Below are positions 33,605-41,736 of a stretch of 64,000 nt of DNA, one piece after another (the stretch's first letter is position 1; every line of letters begins with the position of its first letter). Position numbers and translations under genes: made by a program. Below the pieces are notes generated by a model that was not told the origin of the DNA, searched no databases, and saw only the letters and a list, made by a program, of their open reading frames with translations. This DNA is from an uncultured Acidobacteriota bacterium (GTDB lineage Bacteria; Acidobacteriota; Vicinamibacteria; Vicinamibacterales; CAVVIG01): positions 742,897 through 806,896 of the forward strand of contig CAVWSQ010000001.1 in the NCBI GenBank assembly GCA_963757655.1. The letters are read 5' to 3'.

Positions 33605-34624
33605 TCAGGCCGCCGTCGGCTCGCGCGCGCCGCGACGCCGGGGCTGGCGCCGGCCGATCATCGCCGCCACGCCGGCTTCGTCTGTGGCGATCGGCTTGCC
33701 GTCCATGTACGCCGCCAGAATCGCCGGGTGAATGTAGGCCTTGCGGCAGACCGCTTTGGTGTTGCCGAGCCGGCTGGCGACCGACGCGATCGCCTGCATG
33801 ACGTTGCGCCTGGCCTCGGTCTGCGATCGGAAACCGGCCAACCGCGCCAGCGCCTGCGCGGCCAGCACCGTGCCCGCCCAGGTGCGGAAGTCCTTGGCGG
33901 TGAAGTCCTCACCGCTGACCTCGCGTAGATACCCATTCACATCGTCGGAGCAGATTGTCTGTCGTTGCCCCTGGTCGTCGACATACTGGAACAGTTCGTA
34001 GCCTGGAAGATCGCGACATGCCTTGACGATGCGCGCGAGGCGGGCATCGTGCAGATCGACGGCGTGCGCCACGCCGCTCTTGCCGCGGAACTCGAAGCGG
34101 AGCTCCGCTCCCCGGATGGTGGCGTGGCGGTCGCGCATCGTGGTCAGCCCGACCGAGCCGTTGCTGCGGGCGTATTCTTCGTTGCCAATCCGGATCAGCG
34201 TCTTCTCGAGCAGTTGAACGGCCGCCGCCAGCACCTTCTGCCGTGAGAGTCCCTTCCGGCGGACGTCCGCCGCGGTGCGGCGGCGAATCCGGCGCAGGGC
34301 CTGGGCGAATTTCGGCAGCCGGCTGTACTTGACCTCGTCGCGCTTCTGACGGAACTGCGTGTGATAGCGATACTGTTTGCGGCCGCGCGCATCGCGACCG
34401 GTGGCCTGCAGATGTCCGTGAGCGTCAGCGCAGATCCACACGCGGGTCCACCCCGGTGGTATCACGAGCGCCTTGATGCGGGCGCGATCGGCGGCCGACA
34501 CCTTCCCGCCGTCGCCGTGCACGTAGCGAAATCGTCCGGGCGCGCCGAGGCGGCGAATGCCCGGCGTCCGTTGGTCACACACATGGTGCAAGCCGGCGAC
34601 GTCGGTCGTGGTTCCTTTACCCAT
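33605..34624 (-). CDS. DNA topoisomerase IB (poxvirus-like bacterial TopIB)
   Basis: IKALVIPPGWTRVWICADAHGHLQATGRDARGRKQYRYH...KYSRL...RIGNEEYARSNGSVGLTTMR...FRGKSG...LGNTKAVCRKAYIHP matches the bacterial TopIB pattern. Confidence 0.85.
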   Translation of the reverse strand: MGKGTTTDVAGLHHVCDQRTPGIRRLGAPGRFRYVHGDGGKVSAADRARIKALVIPPGWTRVWICADAHGHLQATGRDARGRKQYRYHTQFRQKRDEVKYSRLPKFAQALRRIRRRTAADVRRKGLSRQKVLAAAVQLLEKTLIRIGNEEYARSNGSVGLTTMRDRHATIRGAELRFEFRGKSGVAHAVDLHDARLARIVKACRDLPGYELFQYVDDQGQRQTICSDDVNGYLREVSGEDFTAKDFRTWAGTVLAAQALARLAGFRSQTEARRNVMQAIASVASRLGNTKAVCRKAYIHPAILAAYMDGKPIATDEAGVAAMIGRRQPRRRGAREPTAA

Positions 34625-34653
34625 CCCAGCCGGGTTTGAGCAAGAATGAAGCC

Positions 34654-36231
34654 GTGCGTGAACGTCTCATCCTTTCCATTCTGATTCTGCTGCAGCTGGC
34701 GGCCTCGCCTTTCACACAAACGCCGGCGCGCTACGACGTGCTGATTCGCAACGGGCGTGTCCTCGACGGCAGCGGCAACCCCTGGATCGGTGCGGATATC
34801 GGTATCCGCGGCGGACGGATCGTGGACATCGGCCGCCTCGGAGACGCCGCGGCGGCACGCGTCATCGACGCACGGGGCTTGACCGTGTCGCCCGGATTCA
34901 TCGACGTGCATTCACACGCCACGCAAGGCCTGGAAGGCGCGCTCAAGCAAGCCCGGCAGTTGATCGCGCAGGGCATCACGACGGTCGCGCTGAACCCCGA
35001 CGGCGGTGGCACGCCCGACCTGCGGGCGCAGCGCGCCGGCTTCGAGCAGCGCGGCATCGGCGTCAATGTCGCCCTCTACGTCCCGCACGGCGCCATCCGT
35101 CGCGAGGTGGTCGGCATGGCGGATCGGGCTCCCACGCCGGCTGAGCTCGATCGCATGGTGACGATTGCCAAGAACGGCATGGAGGCGGGCGGCATCGGCC
35201 TGTCGTCCGGTCTGTACTACGCGCCCGGCAGCTACGCCAAGACCGAGGAAGTCATCGCGCTGGCCCGAGTCGTGGGCGAGATGGGTGGCGTCTACGAGAG
35301 TCATATTCGCGACGAGGCCGACTACAACATCGGGGTCGTCGGCGCGGTGCAGGAAGTGATTCGGATCGCGGAAGAAGGTCATCTTCCAGGCATCGTGGCG
35401 CACATGAAGGCGCTGGGGCCCGCGAGCTGGGGTCTGTCGATGGCGCTGGTCGAGCGCATCACCCAGGCACGGGACCGCGGCGTCGAGGTGTATGCGGATC
35501 AGTATCCCTACGACGCCAGCGGCACCGGCATCGTCGGCGCGCTGATCCCGAGGTGGGCCGAGGTCGGCGGCCGGCCGGAAATGCTGAAGCGCATTCAGGG
35601 ACCGGAGCACGATCGGCTCGCGGCCGATGTGCGCCGCAACTTCGAGCGGCGCGGCGGGCCGGACAAGCTGATCATCTCGCGCTATGCGCCCCATCCCGCC
35701 TACGAAGGGCAGTCGCTCGCCCAGGTCGCCAGAGCCATCGGCAAGCCCGCCGACGAGACCGCGCTGGAACTGCTCGTCAAGGGCGACGCCAGCCTCGTGT
35801 CGTTCAACATGATCGAGAGCGACATCGAGCTGATCATGCGCCAGCCGTTCACGATGACCTGCACCGACGGCGAGCTGGTGCCGTTCGGCCAGGGGAAGCC
35901 ACATCCGCGCGGCAACGCGGCGTTCGCGCGCAAAATCCGCCTGTATGTCAACGAGCGCCACACCATCGACCTGCCGTTCGCGATCCGATCGATGACCAGC
36001 CTGCCGGCCGGCGTTTTCGGGTTGAAGGATCGCGGCACGCTGCGGCCGGGCGCCTGGGCCGACATCCTCGTGTTCGATCCCGCCAAGGTGCGGGATGCCG
36101 CCACGTATCTGGAGCCGCACCAGATGTCGGAGGGGATGGACTACGTGCTGGTCAACGGCGTGATCGAAAAGGACGCGGACGCATTCACGGGAGCACTCGG
36201 AGGACGGGTCGTCACTCCTGATCGAAGGTAG
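34654..36231 (+). CDS. N-acyl-D-amino-acid deacylase (D-aminoacylase) family amidohydrolase, secreted
   Basis: YDVLIRNGRVLDGSGNPWIGADIGIRGGRIVDIG, PGFIDVHSH, ADQYPY, DRGTLRPGAWADILVFDP. Start set at GTG 34654 (MRERLILSILILLQLAASP signal); TTG 34636 is possible. Confidence 0.85.
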   Translation: MRERLILSILILLQLAASPFTQTPARYDVLIRNGRVLDGSGNPWIGADIGIRGGRIVDIGRLGDAAAARVIDARGLTVSPGFIDVHSHATQGLEGALKQARQLIAQGITTVALNPDGGGTPDLRAQRAGFEQRGIGVNVALYVPHGAIRREVVGMADRAPTPAELDRMVTIAKNGMEAGGIGLSSGLYYAPGSYAKTEEVIALARVVGEMGGVYESHIRDEADYNIGVVGAVQEVIRIAEEGHLPGIVAHMKALGPASWGLSMALVERITQARDRGVEVYADQYPYDASGTGIVGALIPRWAEVGGRPEMLKRIQGPEHDRLAADVRRNFERRGGPDKLIISRYAPHPAYEGQSLAQVARAIGKPADETALELLVKGDASLVSFNMIESDIELIMRQPFTMTCTDGELVPFGQGKPHPRGNAAFARKIRLYVNERHTIDLPFAIRSMTSLPAGVFGLKDRGTLRPGAWADILVFDPAKVRDAATYLEPHQMSEGMDYVLVNGVIEKDADAFTGALGGRVVTPDRR

Positions 36232-36246
36232 CAACGACCTGCGGCT

Positions 36247-36780
36247 TCATCGGCGGTCTCCTCTGGCGCTTCGCCTCGGTGCCCACCACCACAAACCGTC
36301 GACGACCGATCGCGGCAGGCGTCGATTCAGTTGCCGCGCGACCATGACAATCTGACCGCGGTGATGGGCTTCGTGCGCGACGAAATACGAAAGCACATGC
36401 CCGACGTCCAGGGGGAGGTTGCGCCAGACATACCCTTTCGACGGCGGCAGCACGCCGCCCGACGCGAACCCGAGCGTCAAGAGCGCCTCCATCCCGTGGT
36501 TGCTGCGCTTCAACGCGGCGACCAATTGTCGGCGCGACACTCTCCAGCGATCGACGCGGACCGGAGCGGCTATGCCGTGCTCGCGACCCAGCGTTCTGAT
36601 CCAGCCGCAGCGAGCGTTGTGAAGGTGCGCCGCGATCATCCGGACGGTGCGCCGGGGGGCGCCGGGCACGGCAGCATCCCAGAGATCGTCGGGCAATCCC
36701 TCGACCAGCTCGATGGTGACTCGATTGCTGGTCCGCCAGGCCGGCAGCAGTGCGGTGCTGAGATCGAGCGTGGGAGACAC
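36247..36780 (-). CDS. DinB family protein
   Basis: ...IAAHLHNARCGWI...YFVAHEAHHRGQIVMVARQL. Start uncertain: GTG 36780 or TTG 36798. The further upstream part of ORF 36247..36891 translates the palindromic repeats. Confidence 0.7.
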   Translation of the reverse strand: MSPTLDLSTALLPAWRTSNRVTIELVEGLPDDLWDAAVPGAPRRTVRMIAAHLHNARCGWIRTLGREHGIAAPVRVDRWRVSRRQLVAALKRSNHGMEALLTLGFASGGVLPPSKGYVWRNLPLDVGHVLSYFVAHEAHHRGQIVMVARQLNRRLPRSVVDGLWWWAPRRSARGDRR

Positions 36781-36797
36781 CGGAGTGCGCTCAACCA

Positions 36798-36875
36798 AGG
36801 TCCGGCTAAAGCCGGACACTACCGATAGGCCCGGCTGAAGCCGGACGCGAGTGACAGGTCCGGCTAGAGCCAGAC
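36798..36875. repeat. REP-like mini-array: three 20-nt palindromic units with 9-nt spacers
   Basis: aggtccggctaaagccggac (36798-36817), aggcccggctgaagccggac (36827-36846), aggtccggctagagccagac (36856-36875). Each contains CCGGCT-NA-AGCCGG. Period 29 nt. Confidence 0.9.
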
Positions 36876-36970
36876 GCGACCAAGGGCACATTGGTGTCTC
36901 TCGTCTTTTCGCATTTTTTGTGAGCCATGCTTGTCCCGGCGTTCTCTGCGTTCTTGGCGGTTTCTTCTGA

Positions 36971-38251
36971 TCACCACGCCACCATCGAATCCTCGAAGAG
37001 CGCGGCGAGCTCGTCGGAGCTTGCCGCTCTCGGCGACAGCTTCGTCACGCGGTGCTGCGGCAGCGTGCCCTCGACCAGGCCGGGTATGTCGGATGATGAG
37101 TAGCCAATCGCCTTCAGGCCGTTGGGCATCTGCAGCCGCTGCATGAACCAGGTGATCCGATCCGCGAGCACCTTGCCGGCGTCCCCGGCCTTCACGCCCC
37201 TGATATCGGCGCCCAGTGCGGAGGCGGCCTCCAGGTGCCGCGCCGGGTTGGCGCTGGCGGTGAACCGGAACACGGCCGGCGCGTTGAGGATGACTGACAT
37301 CCCATGCGGGACGATCGGATGATCCGTCACATAGCCTGGCGCGGTGTAACTCTTCACGTGCCCCGACACTGGATACGACATCCCGTGCGGCAGGTGCACC
37401 CCGGCGTTGCCGAAGCCGACGCCGGCATACGACGCCGCCAGCAGCATGTTCGCGCGCGCCTCATCGTCGGACGGGTCGTCGACGGCGCGCACGAGGTAGT
37501 GATTCACCATGCGCAGCGCCTGCATCGACCAGATGTCGCTGATCGGATTCGACCCCTGGTAGGCCGGCCGCATCGCCGGCCGATCGGGCCTGGGTCGATC
37601 GGTGTACGGCATCGCGGTGAACGACTCGAGGGCGTGACTGAGGATGTCGAGCCCGGTCGAGGCCGCCACCTGCGGCGGCATGGTTCGGGTGTTGTCGGGA
37701 TCGAGGTAACCCAGCGTCGGCTTGAGGCGACGGTTCGCGATGCCGGTCTTCGCCCGCAGCTTCTTGTAGTCGAAGATGGCCACGCCGGTCGTCTCGCTCC
37801 CGGTGCCCGCGGTCGTCGGTATCGCCAGCAGCGGCTTCAGCGCTCCCGGTACCGGCAGCCCCTTGCCGATCGGCGGGTTGACGTAGTCGAGGAAGTCGGC
37901 GGGCGGAAATGTGGTGTAGAGGTTCACGGCCTTGGCCGTGTCGATGACCGAGCCGCCGCCGACGGCGACAATCACGTCGAACGGCCGCGCCTTGGCAAAG
38001 GCGATGGCGTCGAGAAACGACTCGTCGCTGGGCTCGACCCGAACACGATCGTAGAGCGCGTAGGGAATCTTGTACTGTTCCAGCGAGTCGAGCACGGTGC
38101 GGACCGGCGGCAGCCTCGCGATCAACTGATCGGTGACGACGAGCACGAGGTGTGCCCCCATTTCCGCCAGATCCATCCCGACTTCCCGGGTCACGCCAAC
38201 GCCGAAGCGCACACTCGAAACCGCCATCTCGAACGCGATGTCTTTTGCCAT
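36971..38251 (-). CDS. Iron-containing alcohol dehydrogenase, hydroxyacid-oxoacid transhydrogenase (ADHFE1-like)
   Basis: MAKDIAFEMAVSSVRFGVGVTREVGMDLAEMGA...VAVGGGSVIDTAKAVNLY closely parallels animal ADHFE1. ATG 38251. Confidence 0.9.
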   Translation of the reverse strand: MAKDIAFEMAVSSVRFGVGVTREVGMDLAEMGAHLVLVVTDQLIARLPPVRTVLDSLEQYKIPYALYDRVRVEPSDESFLDAIAFAKARPFDVIVAVGGGSVIDTAKAVNLYTTFPPADFLDYVNPPIGKGLPVPGALKPLLAIPTTAGTGSETTGVAIFDYKKLRAKTGIANRRLKPTLGYLDPDNTRTMPPQVAASTGLDILSHALESFTAMPYTDRPRPDRPAMRPAYQGSNPISDIWSMQALRMVNHYLVRAVDDPSDDEARANMLLAASYAGVGFGNAGVHLPHGMSYPVSGHVKSYTAPGYVTDHPIVPHGMSVILNAPAVFRFTASANPARHLEAASALGADIRGVKAGDAGKVLADRITWFMQRLQMPNGLKAIGYSSSDIPGLVEGTLPQHRVTKLSPRAASSDELAALFEDSMVAW

Positions 38252-38295
38252 GGGGGCGCCGATTATACCCGGCACGACACATCTCGGACCCGGCG

Positions 38296-39564
38296 TCAGC
38301 GCGGCTGTTTCGGTGATTCGCCGCCGACTTCACCGGTGATGAGACGCACGCGGCGCTGCAGCGTGAAGTAGGCCCATCCCCACTCGGTCATCACCACCAA
38401 ACGATTGCGGAAACCGATCAGCCAGAAAATGTGCAGGAAGATCCAGAGGATCCAGGCGATGTACCCGGAGATCTTCAGGCCGAAGATGTCGCCCACGGCG
38501 GCGCCGCGGCCGATCGTCGCCATGATGCCGTAGTCCTTGTAGCGGAACCGCTCGAGCGGCTGTCCGGCGACGGCACGCCGGATGTTCAGGGCGGCGCGTG
38601 TACCCTGCTGCATCGCGACCTGGGCCACGCCGGGCAGCGGTCTGCCATCCTGCACGAAGACACACAGATCGCCGATGACGAAAATATCGGGATGGGCGGC
38701 AAGTGCGAGCGTCGGCTCCGGCGTCACGCGGCCGGCGCGATCGAGCGGCACGCCCAGCGATTGCGCGATCGGCGACGCCGCCACACCAGCGGCCCACAGT
38801 ACCGTCCCAGCCGAGATGTGTTCACTGCCAATCGACACGCCGTCCTCGGTCACGCTGGTCACGACCGATCCCGTGCGCACCTCGACGCCGAGCCGCTCGA
38901 GCGATCGACGGGCAGCGCCGCGCAGCGGTTCGGGAAAGGTGCCGAGCACGAACGGGCTGCCCTCGAGCAGCACGATTCGCGCCGATTCGGGACGGATGCG
39001 GCGGAAGTCGCGGCGCAGCGACTGCCGCGCGATTTCCGCGAGGGCGCCGGCCAGCTCGACGCCGGTGGGGCCGCCGCCGACGATCACAAACGTCAGCAGG
39101 CGGCGCTGCTTCGCCGAGTCCGCCTCCCGTTCCGCCGCCTCGAATGCCTGCAGCACTCGCCGCCGCATCTCGAGCGCATCGTCGAGCGTCTTCAACCCGG
39201 GCGCGCGGTCGGCCCATTCGGGATGGCCGAAATAAGCGTGGGCCGCGCCGGCCGCAAGCACGAGGTAGTCGTACGCGATCGCCTCGCCGCCGTCGATCAG
39301 CACCCGGCGACCCTCCGGATCGATTTTGCGCACGGTGGCGAGCAACACCTCGACGTTCTTCTGGTGGCGCAGGATCCAGCGGATCGGCGACGCCACGTCG
39401 CCTGGCGACAGCGACGCGGTGGCAACCTGATAGAGCAGCGGCTGGAACAGGTGGTAGTTGTGGCGATCGAGCAGCGTGACGCTGACGTCCGCGCCCGCGA
39501 GGGCGCGCGCGGCGTTCAGCCCGCCGAACCCGCCGCCCACGATCGTCACTCTCGGCACGCTCAC
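38296..39564 (-). CDS. ndh: Type II NADH:quinone oxidoreductase (NDH-2)
   Basis: GTG start. VTIVGGGFGGLNAA, FVIVGGGPTGVELAG, IFVIGD dinucleotide-binding motifs and a C-terminal membrane-anchoring helix. Confidence 0.9.
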   Translation of the reverse strand: MSVPRVTIVGGGFGGLNAARALAGADVSVTLLDRHNYHLFQPLLYQVATASLSPGDVASPIRWILRHQKNVEVLLATVRKIDPEGRRVLIDGGEAIAYDYLVLAAGAAHAYFGHPEWADRAPGLKTLDDALEMRRRVLQAFEAAEREADSAKQRRLLTFVIVGGGPTGVELAGALAEIARQSLRRDFRRIRPESARIVLLEGSPFVLGTFPEPLRGAARRSLERLGVEVRTGSVVTSVTEDGVSIGSEHISAGTVLWAAGVAASPIAQSLGVPLDRAGRVTPEPTLALAAHPDIFVIGDLCVFVQDGRPLPGVAQVAMQQGTRAALNIRRAVAGQPLERFRYKDYGIMATIGRGAAVGDIFGLKISGYIAWILWIFLHIFWLIGFRNRLVVMTEWGWAYFTLQRRVRLITGEVGGESPKQPR

Positions 39565-39601
39565 GATGTCGGTTCCCCTCTCGAGATGCTATCGTATTCG
39601 T

Positions 39602-41659
39602 ATGACGACACGAGACACACTCGGGCGATCGACGCGCGATCAGACGCTGGGCGGCGTCACCACCGTCGTCGAGACGTCCTGTCCGCTCGACTGTCCCGAC
39701 GCCTGCAGCCTCGCGGTCACGGTGCAACAGCGCAAGATCGTCAAGATCGACGGCTCGCGAAAAAATCCGGTCACCAACGGCTACATCTGCGCGAAAGTGC
39801 GCCGCTACGGTGAGCGCGTCTACGGATCCGATCGCCTGCTCTATCCGGCCGTCCGCAGCGGCCCCAAAGGCTCCGGCCGCTTCAAGCGGGTCACTTGGGA
39901 CGAAGCGATCGATCTGGTAGCGGCGCGATTCGAGCACGCCAGGGCGACAGCGGGCGCCGAGTCCATCCTGCCGTACTCCTACGGCGGTTCGAACGGCCTG
40001 CTCACGCAGGACAATATCGACGCCCAGTTGTGGTGGCGCTTTGGCACGTCGCGCCTGGCCCGCACGGTCTGCGCGGCGCCGACCGGTGCGGCCAACCTGG
40101 CGCTCTACGGCAAGATGGCGTCGGTGACCTACCAGGACTACCCGCACGCCAAACTGATCATCCTGTGGGGCGTCAACCCGTCGGCGTCCGGCATCCACCT
40201 CATTCCCTTCGTCCGCGAGGCGCAGTCGCGCGGCGCGAAGCTGGTGGTCATCGACCCGCGGACAACCGCGTTGGCGCGCGCGGCCGACCTCCACCTCGCG
40301 GTCCGGACCGGCAGCGACGTAGCGGTCGCACTCGCCGTGCACCGCCACCTGTTCGCGAACGGACTGGCGGACGGCGAATTCCTCCGTCAGCACACCACCG
40401 GCGCGGAGGTGTTGCAGCAGCGCGCCGAGCCGTGGACGTTTGCGCGCGCCGCCGACGTGGCCGGAGTGGATGCGGCCGCGATCGAAACGCTGGCCACGCT
40501 CTACGCGGAGAGCTCGCCGGCGTTGGTTCGGTGCGGCTGGGGCCTCGAGCGGAACCGCAACGGCGGCAACGCGGCGCTGGCGGTGCTCGCCCTGCCGGCC
40601 GTCGGCGGCAAGTTCGGCGTCCGCGGCGGCGGCTACTCGATGAGCAACTCGACCTCGTGGAATATCGACCGCACCTGGATCGACGCGCCCGAGCCGGCGA
40701 CGCGCATCGTCAACATGAACCATCTCGGCCGCGCGCTCACCGAGTACGACGACCCGCCCGTCAACGTCCTCTTCGTCTACAACTGCAATCCGGCGGCGAC
40801 CGTGCCCGATCAGCACCGAGTGATCAAGGGTCTCGAACGAGAAGATCTGTTCACGGTCGTCTTCGAGCAGGTGATGACCGACACCGCGCTCTACGCCGAT
40901 CTGCTGCTTCCCAACACCACGTTCCTGGAAGCGTACGATTTCGCCAAGGGTTACGGTCCGATCAGCCTCGACCTCGCTCGTCCCGTCATCGACGCGGTCG
41001 GGGAAGCACGAACGAATGCCGACGTCTTCGGCGCGCTGTGCACGCGGCTCGGCCTGCTCAAAGACGGCGAGCCGTCGGGCGAGCTCGATCTGATGGTCGG
41101 CATCCTGAAGCACCTGCCCGGGTCGATCGGCCGCGAGCTCGGCGACGGCGCGATGGCGACGCCGCCGTGCGGTCCCGCGCCGGTGCAGTTTGTCGATGTT
41201 TTCCCGAACACGGCCGAGGGGAAGGTCAATCTCTTCCCGGCCGCTCTCGATTCATCGACGCCATTCGGCCTTTACCGCTTCCAGCCCGATCCCCAGACCG
41301 CTCGATACCCGCTCGCGCTCATCTCGCCGGCCAGCGATCGGACGATCAGCTCCACGCTCGGCGAGCTGCCCCGAAACGACGTCAAGCTGCTCATGCATCC
41401 CGACGATGCGCAGGCGCGCGGCCTCGGGCAGGACGACCTCGTGCGGATCTTCAACGACCTCGGCGAGGTGCATTGCCAGCTGACGGTGGCGGCGACGATC
41501 CGCCTCGGCACCGTCAGCCTGCCCAAAGGCATCTGGCGGCGCAGCACGCGGAACAACCACACCGGCACGGCACTGGTGCCCGACACGCTCACCGATCTCG
41601 GAGAGGGCGCCTGTTTCAACGACGCGCGGGTCCAGGTCGCCTCGCTCGCCAACGCGTGA
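39602..41659 (+). CDS. Molybdopterin-dependent oxidoreductase (MopB/DMSO-reductase superfamily, 4Fe-4S N-domain)
   Basis: ATG 39602. SCPLDCPDACSL (CxxxCxxxC cluster motif)...NGYICAKV. C-terminal MopB_CT-like barrel. Substrate unknown. Confidence 0.85.
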   Translation: MTTRDTLGRSTRDQTLGGVTTVVETSCPLDCPDACSLAVTVQQRKIVKIDGSRKNPVTNGYICAKVRRYGERVYGSDRLLYPAVRSGPKGSGRFKRVTWDEAIDLVAARFEHARATAGAESILPYSYGGSNGLLTQDNIDAQLWWRFGTSRLARTVCAAPTGAANLALYGKMASVTYQDYPHAKLIILWGVNPSASGIHLIPFVREAQSRGAKLVVIDPRTTALARAADLHLAVRTGSDVAVALAVHRHLFANGLADGEFLRQHTTGAEVLQQRAEPWTFARAADVAGVDAAAIETLATLYAESSPALVRCGWGLERNRNGGNAALAVLALPAVGGKFGVRGGGYSMSNSTSWNIDRTWIDAPEPATRIVNMNHLGRALTEYDDPPVNVLFVYNCNPAATVPDQHRVIKGLEREDLFTVVFEQVMTDTALYADLLLPNTTFLEAYDFAKGYGPISLDLARPVIDAVGEARTNADVFGALCTRLGLLKDGEPSGELDLMVGILKHLPGSIGRELGDGAMATPPCGPAPVQFVDVFPNTAEGKVNLFPAALDSSTPFGLYRFQPDPQTARYPLALISPASDRTISSTLGELPRNDVKLLMHPDDAQARGLGQDDLVRIFNDLGEVHCQLTVAATIRLGTVSLPKGIWRRSTRNNHTGTALVPDTLTDLGEGACFNDARVQVASLANA

Positions 41660-41660
41660 G

Positions 41661-41700
41661 CACGAAAAGCACGACGCTCGGCACCGCCTGGCTTTTCGTG
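41661..41700. terminator. 10-bp perfect inverted repeat between convergent genes (possible bidirectional terminator), followed by TTTCGTG repeats
   Basis: cacgaaaagc (41661-41670) ... gcttttcgtg (41691-41700). TTTCGTG recurs at 41703-41709 and 41729-41735. No clean U-tract. Confidence 0.4.
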
Positions 41701-41736
41701 GCTTTCGTGAACCCGATGATTTCGCGGGTTTCGTGA

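Noticed and set aside
36798-36875. Possible CRISPR array (regular repeat-spacer layout)
   Set aside because: There are only three 20-nt repeats, the spacers are 9 nt, the repeats are internally palindromic and no cas genes are present. This fits REP-like elements better.
38822-41113. 763-aa ORF on the minus strand
   Set aside because: It is antisense to the ndh and molybdopterin oxidoreductase genes, with a low-complexity Arg-rich translation. Shadow ORF.
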